Source: Geobacter metallireducens GS-15
GTDB lineage: Bacteria > Desulfobacterota > Desulfuromonadia > Geobacterales > Geobacteraceae
Length of the DNA stretch: 32,000 bases
Direction of reading: 5' to 3'
Assembly (NCBI RefSeq): GCF_000012925.1
Contig: NC_007517.1
Location: 3,000,001 to 3,032,000 of the forward strand
A model generated the notes under the pieces. It saw only the letters and a program-made list of their open reading frames with translations. It was not told the DNA's origin and searched no databases. A program made the translations under genes and the position numbers. Each line of letters opens with the position of its first letter. The stretch's first letter is position 1. Below are positions 7,707 through 15,894 of this stretch, in pieces.

Positions 7707-9103
7707 GCCTTCACCCCCTTCCGTGATGCGGACAGCTCATCGTTGAAACGCTTCCAGAACCCCTCGGCATCGAAACTGGTGCCGGTCGCGGCCGTCGCAT
7801 CCACCATGAACCGGTTGAGGGCTTGGTAGGCGACCTTCGAATACATCCGCCCCCCCTCCACGGCAAACTCCGCATGGGGCCCCACCGGCTCGGGTATCTT
7901 GGAAATAATCAGATCCGCCGTCTCGGCGCCGGCCGCGGGAGCGCCCCCCTCCCCGGCTTTGACCGCGATGCGCCCCACAGCGAGCATCTTTTCGTAGTAC
8001 CCCTTGAATTTCTCGCCCCGGGCCTCTTCGATGGCGTCGCCGGTCTCCGACTCGATAATCTTCGTGATCTTGTCGGTGAAAAAATCAGCCGCAAACGCCG
8101 TAGTGATGGGATCATCGGGCTGGGACTTCGAATCCGCGGCAGAGGCGAGCCGGCGGTCCGGAGATTTGATGGTCCGCGCCGCATTGGCAGCCGAACTGTC
8201 CTGCTGGAACATCCCCATGACGGAGTTCAGGAGGGTCTTGCTCACCACCCGGGGAAGCGGCAGGCGGAGGCTGTCCCGCTCTTCGTCGGAACGGGGCTGC
8301 CCGGCGGCCATGGCCCACAGCTCGTTGCGCCGGCGCAGTGCCGCATAGAAGGCCTCCGCATCGGCGTCGGAGAGCACCCCATCCTTATTGAGCCTGGCGT
8401 AGAGCACGGCTACCGTTTCCTGTGCCGCCAGATATTCCTGCCATTGCTGCGGGGAAAAGCCGGGGAGTGGGACCACCGGCCGCGGGGCCTGGACCGTCTT
8501 GCTCAGGGGTTTCGCAGCGGGCATGAGCGCAACCAGCTTTCCCATCCGCTGGCGGTACTCTGAGCGCTCCTTCCGCAACTCTTCCTGTCGTTTCAGCTCC
8601 TGCTCGGCGCGGCGCAGGTTTTCCTGGATCACCTTGTCGTTGGGGGACTTGCCCACGGCATTCTTATAAAGCTCCACCGCCTTTGCCCAATCACTCTTCT
8701 CATAGGCCCGGTTCCCCTGCTCATTGAGGTTGAAGGCTTCCTGCTTCCGCTGCCGCTCCTCCTGCTGCCGTGCCTGCTCCCGCTCCTCCTGCCACTGGTT
8801 GATCCGCTCAAACAGGCTCGGGCCGCGTTCGTAACCGCTGTTTCCGCCGTCATCGCCGCCGGAGCCTCCGCACCCGCTGACACACTCCGGGCCGCTAACC
8901 GGCGGGATATACACTGACCCTCCGCCGGTCATGGACCGGAGCTGATCGAAGGCGCCGGCTGACGCCTCCGCAGTGAACGCGGCAGCGGCGCAGAACTGGC
9001 AGGCCGCCAGGAACAGAAGCCCCCGCCCCCTGAGGGTCTTAACTTTAATAAACCTCGTGCCCATAGTCATGGGAGGGCCCCCTCTCCGTGTCTCTCGATT
9101 CAT
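7685..9103 (-). CDS. Exported coiled-coil / TPR-like protein of unknown function
   Basis: 472-aa ORF. The better-supported start may be ATG 9070 (MTMGTRF...), which is preceded by GGAGAGGGGG. Signal peptide is ...LLFLAACQFCAAAAFTAEASA. It is followed by the Cys/Gly motif GPECVSGCGGSGGDDGGNSG and a charged coiled coil (QWQEEREQARQQEERQRKQEA). There is one TPR-like unit (NEQGNRAYEKSDWAKAVELYKNAV). Confidence 0.8.
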   Translation of the reverse strand: MNRETRRGGPPMTMGTRFIKVKTLRGRGLLFLAACQFCAAAAFTAEASAGAFDQLRSMTGGGSVYIPPVSGPECVSGCGGSGGDDGGNSGYERGPSLFERINQWQEEREQARQQEERQRKQEAFNLNEQGNRAYEKSDWAKAVELYKNAVGKSPNDKVIQENLRRAEQELKRQEELRKERSEYRQRMGKLVALMPAAKPLSKTVQAPRPVVPLPGFSPQQWQEYLAAQETVAVLYARLNKDGVLSDADAEAFYAALRRRNELWAMAAGQPRSDEERDSLRLPLPRVVSKTLLNSVMGMFQQDSSAANAARTIKSPDRRLASAADSKSQPDDPITTAFAADFFTDKITKIIESETGDAIEEARGEKFKGYYEKMLAVGRIAVKAGEGGAPAAGAETADLIISKIPEPVGPHAEFAVEGGRMYSKVAYQALNRFMVDATAATGTSFDAEGFWKRFNDELSASRKGVKAWIQFGE

Positions 9104-9854
9104 AGGTGTACCTGCCGCCCGGGAAGAACCTCTGCGTAACCTTCTCGAAAACAGGGAGGAACTCCCGGAATTTTTCCTCTGGGGCGGTGTAGCGCAGGGC
9201 GAAAAACCCCTGCTTCGCGGGGAGCACCACGAACCGCTCCCTGATGGGTATCCTTGTGGCGTTCAAGCCCGGCCGGATATACACACCAGGCTTTACGGGT
9301 CCGCCCGTCCCGCTTTCCCTCGGCGCGTACTCCTTCTTGACACGCTCGAACACCATTCCATCCCTGCCGGCAACCTTCACGGCCGTGACATCCCCGTAAC
9401 TGCTCCCATCAAGGGACACCCCCAAAGCCGGCTGCGCGAAAACCCTGAGGTAGTGGTCCACGGATTTGTACATCAGGTTCCCTTCCGCGTAGTAGAAGAT
9501 GGAGATAGCGACGGAGGGTTCGCCCGGCTCCGGGGCTTTCAGGTGAAAACCGTAGGTCTTTTTCTCCTCATTGCTCAAGCCGAGGCCGGATCCGTAGTTG
9601 TCGACCCGTGACCACTCCGGCGGGATATCGCAGGAGAAGTAGTCTCCCACCTCCACGGTCACAAACCCGTCGGGGTCGGGAATTCCCGGGATCAGCTCGT
9701 GGGGAACCGAATGCGTTAGCGGCAATGCCGAAGAGGGAAGGGAAGTGCCGGCCTGTGCCGGCCCATCCCACACTGCCAGCGCCGCCAGCAAAACCAAGCA
9801 CGGCAGCAGGGCCCGGGGATTGCACCTTTTCGTCACAACTGTCGATGCCTTCAT
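9045..9854 (-). CDS. Exported protein of unknown function
   Basis: 269-aa ORF. Its ATG overlaps the stop of the upstream ANK gene (ATGA at 9851-9854). Signal peptide is ...LLPCLVLLAALAVWDGPAQA. I recognise no motif with confidence. Confidence 0.75.
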   Translation of the reverse strand: MKASTVVTKRCNPRALLPCLVLLAALAVWDGPAQAGTSLPSSALPLTHSVPHELIPGIPDPDGFVTVEVGDYFSCDIPPEWSRVDNYGSGLGLSNEEKKTYGFHLKAPEPGEPSVAISIFYYAEGNLMYKSVDHYLRVFAQPALGVSLDGSSYGDVTAVKVAGRDGMVFERVKKEYAPRESGTGGPVKPGVYIRPGLNATRIPIRERFVVLPAKQGFFALRYTAPEEKFREFLPVFEKVTQRFFPGGRYTYESRDTERGPSHDYGHEVY

Positions 9855-10714
9855 ATCGTGTTTTTCCCCCAGTTCCTGAACAGTTCCACGATCGATGCGA
9901 AGCCGCGCTCCTCCGCCAGTTGCCGGGGGGTTAGCCCTCTGTCGTTCCTGATGGTCGGGTCGGCCCCCCGGGCAAGGAACAGTCTGACGAATTCTTCATA
10001 GCCAAGGCCGACGGCGTAATGGAGTGGCGTGTCGCCGTACCGGCCGGCGATATTGATGTCCGCGCCGCTGTCGAGGATGAGAGTCGCGGCCTCCAGCGCC
10101 TCTGCGGAAACGGCGGCATGGAGCGGTGTGAATCCCTTGTTGTCCGTGATGTTCACATCGGCCCCCTTTTCCAGCAGCAGGCGGACCATCCCGGTGTTGC
10201 CTCTCCGACAGGCCTCCCGCAGGGGGGTATACCAGTAGCTGTTGGCGATGGTCACATCGGCTCCGGCGTCGAGAAGAATCCGAGCAACATCGTCATGCCC
10301 CTCGTGAACGGCGGCAAAGAGGGGGGTGTTCCCCTCGCCATTGACGGCATTCACCCGGGCCCCGGCAGCGAGCAGAATCCGCGTCGCCTCGGCATGGCCG
10401 TAATGGGCCACGTTGTGGAGGAGGGTGATGCGGTACTCCTTGTCCGCGTAGTTGGCATCGGCCCCCTTGGCAAGGAAATCCCCGATGACACCGGCATCGC
10501 CGTATCCCTGGTTGAGGTAGAGGAAGAGCGCTTCCGAGGGGGGGGTCCCCTCCGGTATTTCCAGGGGCTTCAGGACCGGCTCGTACTTCCTGCCGAGGAA
10601 CTGCTCCAGAAGGTCGCCCCCTTCATCGGCGGCAGCCGCCGGACCCGCCGCCACCAGAAGCAGCAGAGCCATCAATACTGTGATTGCACGGAGCATCGTG
10701 GCTGCAATGGTCAT
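9851..10714 (-). CDS. Exported ankyrin-repeat protein (~6-7 ANK repeats)
   Basis: The ORF track gives 9851..10723 with a GTG start. ATG 10714 lies 6-9 nt after AAAGGAGGTG, so I prefer it. The signal peptide ends ...MALLLLVAAGPAAAA. Repeats are of the form TLLHNVAHYGHAEATRILLAAGARVNAVNGEGNTPL. Confidence 0.9.
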   Translation of the reverse strand: MTIAATMLRAITVLMALLLLVAAGPAAAADEGGDLLEQFLGRKYEPVLKPLEIPEGTPPSEALFLYLNQGYGDAGVIGDFLAKGADANYADKEYRITLLHNVAHYGHAEATRILLAAGARVNAVNGEGNTPLFAAVHEGHDDVARILLDAGADVTIANSYWYTPLREACRRGNTGMVRLLLEKGADVNITDNKGFTPLHAAVSAEALEAATLILDSGADINIAGRYGDTPLHYAVGLGYEEFVRLFLARGADPTIRNDRGLTPRQLAEERGFASIVELFRNWGKNTI

Positions 10715-10750
10715 GTCCAGCACCTCCTTTTCGGTCTTACGCTCTGGAAC

Positions 10751-13021
10751 TCACTCCCGCCAAGGAGGAGGCGTAAGCGGCAGCGGTTCATAATCGCCTT
10801 CCCCCTTCCCCTTCACGATCCGCATGGTGACACCCTTCTGCTTTGCGTAGACCTCCATGCGGTACTGGCCACCGAAGGAGGGGCGGCCGAAACCGCGCTC
10901 CGCTTCCATGGCAATCCTGTTCATAAACAGCCGATAGGTGATCTGCATCACCCCATCCTTCACAGAGGGCTCATCGAAGTGGATGGAGTAGAGCCACTCC
11001 GCCTCGGCCCCCAAAAAGACGCAGGCCACGGCGAAGTTATCGAAATCGACGATGGGCGCCGGCTTGTCAAAGGCCCGCTTCCAGAGATCCTCCCACTGGG
11101 TGCGGTCGTCCACCACCGTGATGAACGGCTCCTTCATGGCGGCGTCGTACCCTGTCCAGGACATGCCGGCATAGTCCCGCCCCGCGCCCGCTTTTTCCAG
11201 AAGCTCCAGCATCTTCCGATCGCCCCGCTCCGCAGCCAGGAGCCAGGCGGTTTTTCCGTCCCTGTTCGTGAGGGTGATGTCGGCCCCCTTGGCCAGCAGG
11301 ACCTGGGCCACGGCCGCGTTTCCCTGCCCCGCCGCCATCAGCAGGGCGCTCATCCCCTTGTCGTCCTGGGCGTTGATGTCGGCACCGTGCTCCAGGAGAT
11401 GGCGCACCACCTCGGGGTTGGCGTCGGACCAGTTCCCCGCCTCCAGGATAAGGGGGGTCTTCTGGTAGTAATCCCGGGCGTTCGGGTCGGCCCCCTTCTT
11501 CACCAGAAGCTTAACCATCTCCAGATCGGCCTTGGGAAGGGCCGTGAGGAGCGCATCCTTCACATCGGCCCCCTTGTCGATGAGCCGGGAGGCGAGGGAA
11601 ACGTTACGGGCCTTGATGGCCGCCTGCAAATCGTCGGTACGCACGGTAGCGCCCCGCTCCAAGAGCAGGCGAACGATCCCGTCATGCCCTCCGGCAATGG
11701 CGATAGTCAGCGCCCCCTCGGAATCCTTCCCCAGGATGTTGACATCGCCCCCCCTGGCAAGGAGGGCCTTGACCGTTGCCATATCCCCCTTCTCGCAGGC
11801 ATGCATCAGGGGAGTCTTCCCCCCTTCGTCGACGACATTGACCGGTGCCCCTCTGGCAATGAGGAGCCCGGCGATCTCCGCCGGCCCGTCCTTGATGGCC
11901 ATGGTCAGCAGCGGGGTGCCGCCGATGATGATGTCAGGGTCGGCCCCCCTCTCCAGCAGGAGCCGAACAGACTCCAGATGCTTGTTCATGGCCGCGAAAA
12001 CCAGGGCCGGCCGTCCCAGACTGGAGGCGTTCACGTCGGCCCCCTTGGCCAGGAGGGTCTTGACGACCTCGTCGTGGCCAGTGCTGGCCGCAAACATGAG
12101 GGGAGTGAAATCGGTGCCGTTTTTGGCGTCAATCTGCGCTCCCCTCTTCAGGAGAAGCTCAACCATGTCAGCCCGCCCCATGCTTGCGGCCTGCATGAGG
12201 GCCGTGCTCCCGTTGCCGAAGCGCCCGTTGACGTCGGCACCCTTGTCGAGGACCGCGACTACGTCAGCCGCGTTACCTCTCTTGACGGCGTCGGAGAGGG
12301 GGGTATTCGGCCCGAGAATGGCCAGGTCGGGCCGCTTCGGATCCTTGAGAAGCTGCGACAGGTAGTCGAGCTTCAACTCCTGGGCCAGGGTAATCGCGGT
12401 GTCGCCATCCTTATCCTTTGCGGAGGGATCGGCCCCCTTCCGGAGGAGCGGCCAGACCAGCCTGGCATCCGCGTGCCGCACGGCCCAGATGAGCGCGGTA
12501 CGGCCATATTCGCCCGCGGCATTCACCTCGGCGCCGTGCTTCAGAAGGGCTTCGAGGGTTTCCCGCGGGTCCCCTTCCGGCCCCCTGTGGAAAAACGCTC
12601 CCCTCATGGCAAGAATCAGGGGGGTATCCCCCTTTTTCGTCCAGGCGTTGACATCGGCCCCCTTTCCCAGGAGATAGGCGACGACCTTCGCGTGTCCCTG
12701 CTCGGCGGCATGGAGCAGGGGGGTTTGCTCAAACGCCCCTTTCGCGTCAACCTTCGCGCCGCTTTCCACCAGCAGCCGGACCACCTCCAGACAACCGTTT
12801 TCGGCGGCCAGCGACAGGGGAGTGCTGTCGTTGCGGTCTTTCCGGTCGCGATACGCGGGATTGGCGGCCCATGTGCGCGCCGTTGCCAGATCGCATTCCT
12901 TGGCAGCCGCGTGGAGGGGGGTGTGGTCCATGTCCGGCGGCGGCAGCATGGTCAGGGCAAAGGCCGGGGCCGCCAAGAGCAGCGTTGCGAGCAGAAGGGG
13001 GCCATTCATCCGTATAGTCAT
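10751..13021 (-). CDS. Exported ankyrin-repeat protein (~16 ANK repeats) with a distinct ~140-aa C-terminal domain (PrcB_C-like?)
   Basis: The ORF track start at 13060 has no RBS. ATG 13021 is preceded by AAGGAAGGA and forms an ATGA overlap with the methyltransferase stop, giving MTIRMNGPLLLATLLLAAPAFA. I counted about 16 (K/R)GA(D/x)(V/I/P)(N/D) repeat junctions. The C-terminus reads ...FITVVDDRTQWEDLWKRAFDKPAPIVDFDNFAVACVFLGAE... Confidence 0.9.
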   Translation of the reverse strand: MTIRMNGPLLLATLLLAAPAFALTMLPPPDMDHTPLHAAAKECDLATARTWAANPAYRDRKDRNDSTPLSLAAENGCLEVVRLLVESGAKVDAKGAFEQTPLLHAAEQGHAKVVAYLLGKGADVNAWTKKGDTPLILAMRGAFFHRGPEGDPRETLEALLKHGAEVNAAGEYGRTALIWAVRHADARLVWPLLRKGADPSAKDKDGDTAITLAQELKLDYLSQLLKDPKRPDLAILGPNTPLSDAVKRGNAADVVAVLDKGADVNGRFGNGSTALMQAASMGRADMVELLLKRGAQIDAKNGTDFTPLMFAASTGHDEVVKTLLAKGADVNASSLGRPALVFAAMNKHLESVRLLLERGADPDIIIGGTPLLTMAIKDGPAEIAGLLIARGAPVNVVDEGGKTPLMHACEKGDMATVKALLARGGDVNILGKDSEGALTIAIAGGHDGIVRLLLERGATVRTDDLQAAIKARNVSLASRLIDKGADVKDALLTALPKADLEMVKLLVKKGADPNARDYYQKTPLILEAGNWSDANPEVVRHLLEHGADINAQDDKGMSALLMAAGQGNAAVAQVLLAKGADITLTNRDGKTAWLLAAERGDRKMLELLEKAGAGRDYAGMSWTGYDAAMKEPFITVVDDRTQWEDLWKRAFDKPAPIVDFDNFAVACVFLGAEAEWLYSIHFDEPSVKDGVMQITYRLFMNRIAMEAERGFGRPSFGGQYRMEVYAKQKGVTMRIVKGKGEGDYEPLPLTPPPWRE

Positions 13022-14259
13022 GCTGATCCTTCCTTTTCTATGACAGAGACAGGTTCCCATGGAGGGATGCCGTTCATTTCAGCCATCAGCGCCGGCCGGT
13101 GCGCGTGCTTCACCTCGCTGGGGGAGGCGTCGAGGGCCGCCAGAGCCATTTCGTAATTGAGCCGCGCCGCATCGGCGTTACGGTGCAGGCCGTGGATCCG
13201 CGCACTGTTCCAGTAGACAAAGGGGTTGTCCCGGAAGATGCGGGAGGATTCCCCGAAGCTGTCAAGGGCCTCCCGGTACTCCCCCAGATGGAACTGCTTG
13301 AGCCCCCTGGCGAACACCTTGTCCGCCAGGGACTTCAGGAGCGGTTCGGAGAACACCGTCACCGGCCTCCCCTCGTCCCTCGGCAACTCAACGGTTTTAC
13401 CGGCAAGCACGGCCGAGATGATGGCAATGCCGTCCCGGAGGATTTCCCGATAGGCGTCCCCCTGCCGGCCGGCCCCCTCGGGCCGGGCCTTCAGCATGGC
13501 CAGGAGAGCCCCCTGGAACCGGCTCTCTGCCAGACGGGCGGCAACGGCGCGGCATTTTCCGGCATTGGCATCACTCTTCCCCTTGAGGGTGAAAAACTCA
13601 CGGACGATTTCCGCGCTGTACACGGCAAGCCCCATGGTCTCGGCGGCGTCCCGCTGCAGGGCATCGGCAAGGCGCTTCAGCAGCTCCTCCTGCCCGGCCA
13701 TGACGAGTTCATCTTCGAAGGCGGGAATTTCCTGCATCACGAGCCGCTTCCTCAGTTCGGCCATGAACTCGTGCTGTTTCCGGTCGGCCGGCTTTCGCAG
13801 GATCAGCCGCAGGGAGGGCCGGTTATCCTGATAGAGGAAGGATTCATGGTGCATGAGGGCGAACCCGGCCTCGGCAACCAGCTCCCGCAGCAGTTCCAGG
13901 GGGAAGCAGAACCGGTGCTGCATGCCGGCAGTTTCGGCGCCGTAGAGCCATGTCAGGGCGTCCTCCCGGGCTGTCCGGTCTCCGGCCAGGAAAATCTCGA
14001 AGGAGCGCTCCAGATGTGGCGTTTCAAGGCGGAGCGTCCCACTCGGCCGCAGCACCCGGAAACACTCGGCCAGAAAGTACTTCCCCTTGAAAAACCCGAG
14101 GTGTTCCATAAGCTGCGACGCCACGATCTCGTCAACGGAGGCTGTGTCCAGGCACAGGTCATGGGCCTCCATAATGGCGTCGGCGACAGAATCGCCGCTG
14201 ACGTCGATGTTCAGGTGCCCTTTCAGGTAGGTATGGCCGCAGCCGATGTTCAGTTTCAT
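13018..14259 (-). CDS. Class I SAM-dependent methyltransferase fused to a C-terminal TPR-like helical domain (cytoplasmic)
   Basis: 413-aa ORF. The N-terminus MKLNIGCGHTYLKGHLNIDV...VDEIVASQLMEHL...ECFRVLRPSGTLRLETP matches the Methyltransf_11-type pattern (motif I, then the (E/D)HL and RVL(K/R)PGG motifs). The C-terminal helices include YREALDSFGESSRIFRDNPFVYWNSARIH. There is no signal peptide. Confidence 0.85.
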   Translation of the reverse strand: MKLNIGCGHTYLKGHLNIDVSGDSVADAIMEAHDLCLDTASVDEIVASQLMEHLGFFKGKYFLAECFRVLRPSGTLRLETPHLERSFEIFLAGDRTAREDALTWLYGAETAGMQHRFCFPLELLRELVAEAGFALMHHESFLYQDNRPSLRLILRKPADRKQHEFMAELRKRLVMQEIPAFEDELVMAGQEELLKRLADALQRDAAETMGLAVYSAEIVREFFTLKGKSDANAGKCRAVAARLAESRFQGALLAMLKARPEGAGRQGDAYREILRDGIAIISAVLAGKTVELPRDEGRPVTVFSEPLLKSLADKVFARGLKQFHLGEYREALDSFGESSRIFRDNPFVYWNSARIHGLHRNADAARLNYEMALAALDASPSEVKHAHRPALMAEMNGIPPWEPVSVIEKEGSA

Positions 14260-14262
14260 GGT

Positions 14263-15414
14263 CTACCGGTGGCCGAGAAACGAGTCCCTCAGCCTTTTTT
14301 CATTCCCCCGGGCGCCGAGGGTCGCGAGCCTCCTGCGCGCCTTCAACAGGAGCCGGTACCAGGGGTTTCGCAGCTCTCTCTCGAAAATGTGCTGCTCGAT
14401 CCGGTGGAAGCAGTAGGGATCGTTGTGGAATTCCCCGGTCTTCATGAGGGACATCTCGTTGCATCCCCCCTTGCACGTGGCCAAGTGCGGGCATACGCGG
14501 CAGTTCTCCCCGGCGTCGTCGGCGGTAAAGCCCCGCGAATAGGGGAAAGCCCCGGCGCTCCGCCAGAGATCGCGGACCGACGTCTCCCGCACATTGCCGG
14601 CAATGGTGCTGTCGTCCATGGAGAGGCACCCCTTGATGTTGCCGTTGCTCTGGATGCCGATGACCGACACCCCGGCCTGGCACCCCGTCCACTCACCGGT
14701 CAACGAGATGTTGTCCAGCATCAGGGAGTGGTAGCCCATGTCATGGGCGCCGATGACCGGCATCGCGTGAATCGGGTACGCTTTTCGGGTGGAGGCGATG
14801 AAGAGCCCCACGGAATAGAACTCTTCCTCGTCCAGGAGCAACTCCCGGGGGAATCTCCTTCCCTCGGCCCCGGCCACCTGGATCTGCCACGCAACGTTTT
14901 TCCTCAGCAACTGCTCCCGCAGAGCCGTAAGTTCCGTCAGGTTCATCCTGTGGACCGTGGTGATGACGCTCACCGGCAGTCCCGCCTCCCCTGCCGCCCG
15001 GATGAAATCCCAGGTTTCCCGGAAGGCGCCGCTCCGCCCCCGGATATGGTCGTGGATGGCGGGGGTTGCGGCATCGAGGCTCACGGCAACGGCGCGGGGG
15101 TCCAGTTCCCTGAGCCGCGCGAAGATCTCGGGGTCATGAATCGTCCCGTTGGTGATGACGGAGAGCTCCATGCCGAGCTTCCTGATGAGGCCGGCGATCT
15201 GCCAGAAATCCTTCCTCAGGAGCGGCTCGCCCCCCATGAGGGCAACGCCGAGGCAGCCGGCCTCTTTCAGGTCATGACACAGGGCCACGGCCTCGTCGGT
15301 CGTCAGCTCGTCGGTTCTCCTGCTCCCCGCGCTCGACCCGCAGTGGATGCAGTTCAGGTTGCAGGCCAGGGTAAACTCCCAAACCGCGCATTCGAGGGTA
15401 TAGGCGCCGTTCAC
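14263..15414 (-). CDS. Radical SAM / SPASM-domain enzyme (protein or peptide maturase type), no N-terminal RRE/PqqD domain
   Basis: 383-aa ORF with a GTG start preceded by GGGGTAGG. The radical SAM cluster motif is C18-x3-C22-x2-C25 (ACNLNCIHCG), and a GGEPLL motif is present. The SPASM signature is CQAGVSVIGIQSNGNIKGC (C-x12-G-x4-C) followed by CRVCPHLATCKGGC (C-x2-C-x5-C-x3-C) and a trailing Cys. Confidence 0.92.
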   Translation of the reverse strand: MNGAYTLECAVWEFTLACNLNCIHCGSSAGSRRTDELTTDEAVALCHDLKEAGCLGVALMGGEPLLRKDFWQIAGLIRKLGMELSVITNGTIHDPEIFARLRELDPRAVAVSLDAATPAIHDHIRGRSGAFRETWDFIRAAGEAGLPVSVITTVHRMNLTELTALREQLLRKNVAWQIQVAGAEGRRFPRELLLDEEEFYSVGLFIASTRKAYPIHAMPVIGAHDMGYHSLMLDNISLTGEWTGCQAGVSVIGIQSNGNIKGCLSMDDSTIAGNVRETSVRDLWRSAGAFPYSRGFTADDAGENCRVCPHLATCKGGCNEMSLMKTGEFHNDPYCFHRIEQHIFERELRNPWYRLLLKARRRLATLGARGNEKRLRDSFLGHR

Positions 15415-15426
15415 GACCTACCCCGC

Positions 15427-15894
15427 TCAGCGGGAGAGGTGCCGGAAATCCCGGACGCTCACGGTGTAGTACTTGGTGCCGCAGGGATAACCGGGGAAGG
15501 GACCGCCACAGTCGTCATCGGGAATCACCGGCTCCGCCTGCTGGGCGAGGCACTCCTGTGCGCACTCCTCCCTGGTTTCGAAGGGAACCACGCCTTCGCA
15601 GCCCCCGTAGACGAACTCCTTGCACTCATTGGTCTTCGGGTCAAAATAGTATTTCCAGAACAGGGCCTTGCAGGGACCGCCGTCCGGCTTGAGGCGGCAC
15701 TTCTCCGGCAGCGGCTCCTTGGCCTGGGGTTTTACGTGATCTTGAAGAGGAACCGTGGCATCAGCCTGGGCCGAACCAGTAAAGGCGGAAATGATCAATG
15801 CCATAAGCCCCGACATGCCGATCCTGACGAAGCTCCTGATCTCGCCTTCTCCAAGACCCGCCTTTTTCCCGATTCGAGCAATTTTCCTGTTCAT
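15427..15894 (-). CDS. Exported Kunitz/BPTI-domain protein (predicted trypsin-type serine protease inhibitor, P1 Lys) with a Cys/Asp-containing C-terminal tail
   Basis: The ORF track gives 15427..15918. ATG 15894 (MNRKIARIG...) is preceded by GGGGG 7 nt upstream, so I prefer it. The hydrophobic signal segment ends AFTGSAQA. The domain CRLKPDGGPCKALFWKYYFDPKTNECKEFVYGGCEGVVPFETREECAQEC has Cys spacing 8-15-7-11-3. BPTI has 8-15-7-12-3 ([51 protein letters not shown]). GPCKA and FVYGGC are shared with BPTI. Confidence 0.85.
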   Translation of the reverse strand: MNRKIARIGKKAGLGEGEIRSFVRIGMSGLMALIISAFTGSAQADATVPLQDHVKPQAKEPLPEKCRLKPDGGPCKALFWKYYFDPKTNECKEFVYGGCEGVVPFETREECAQECLAQQAEPVIPDDDCGGPFPGYPCGTKYYTVSVRDFRHLSR

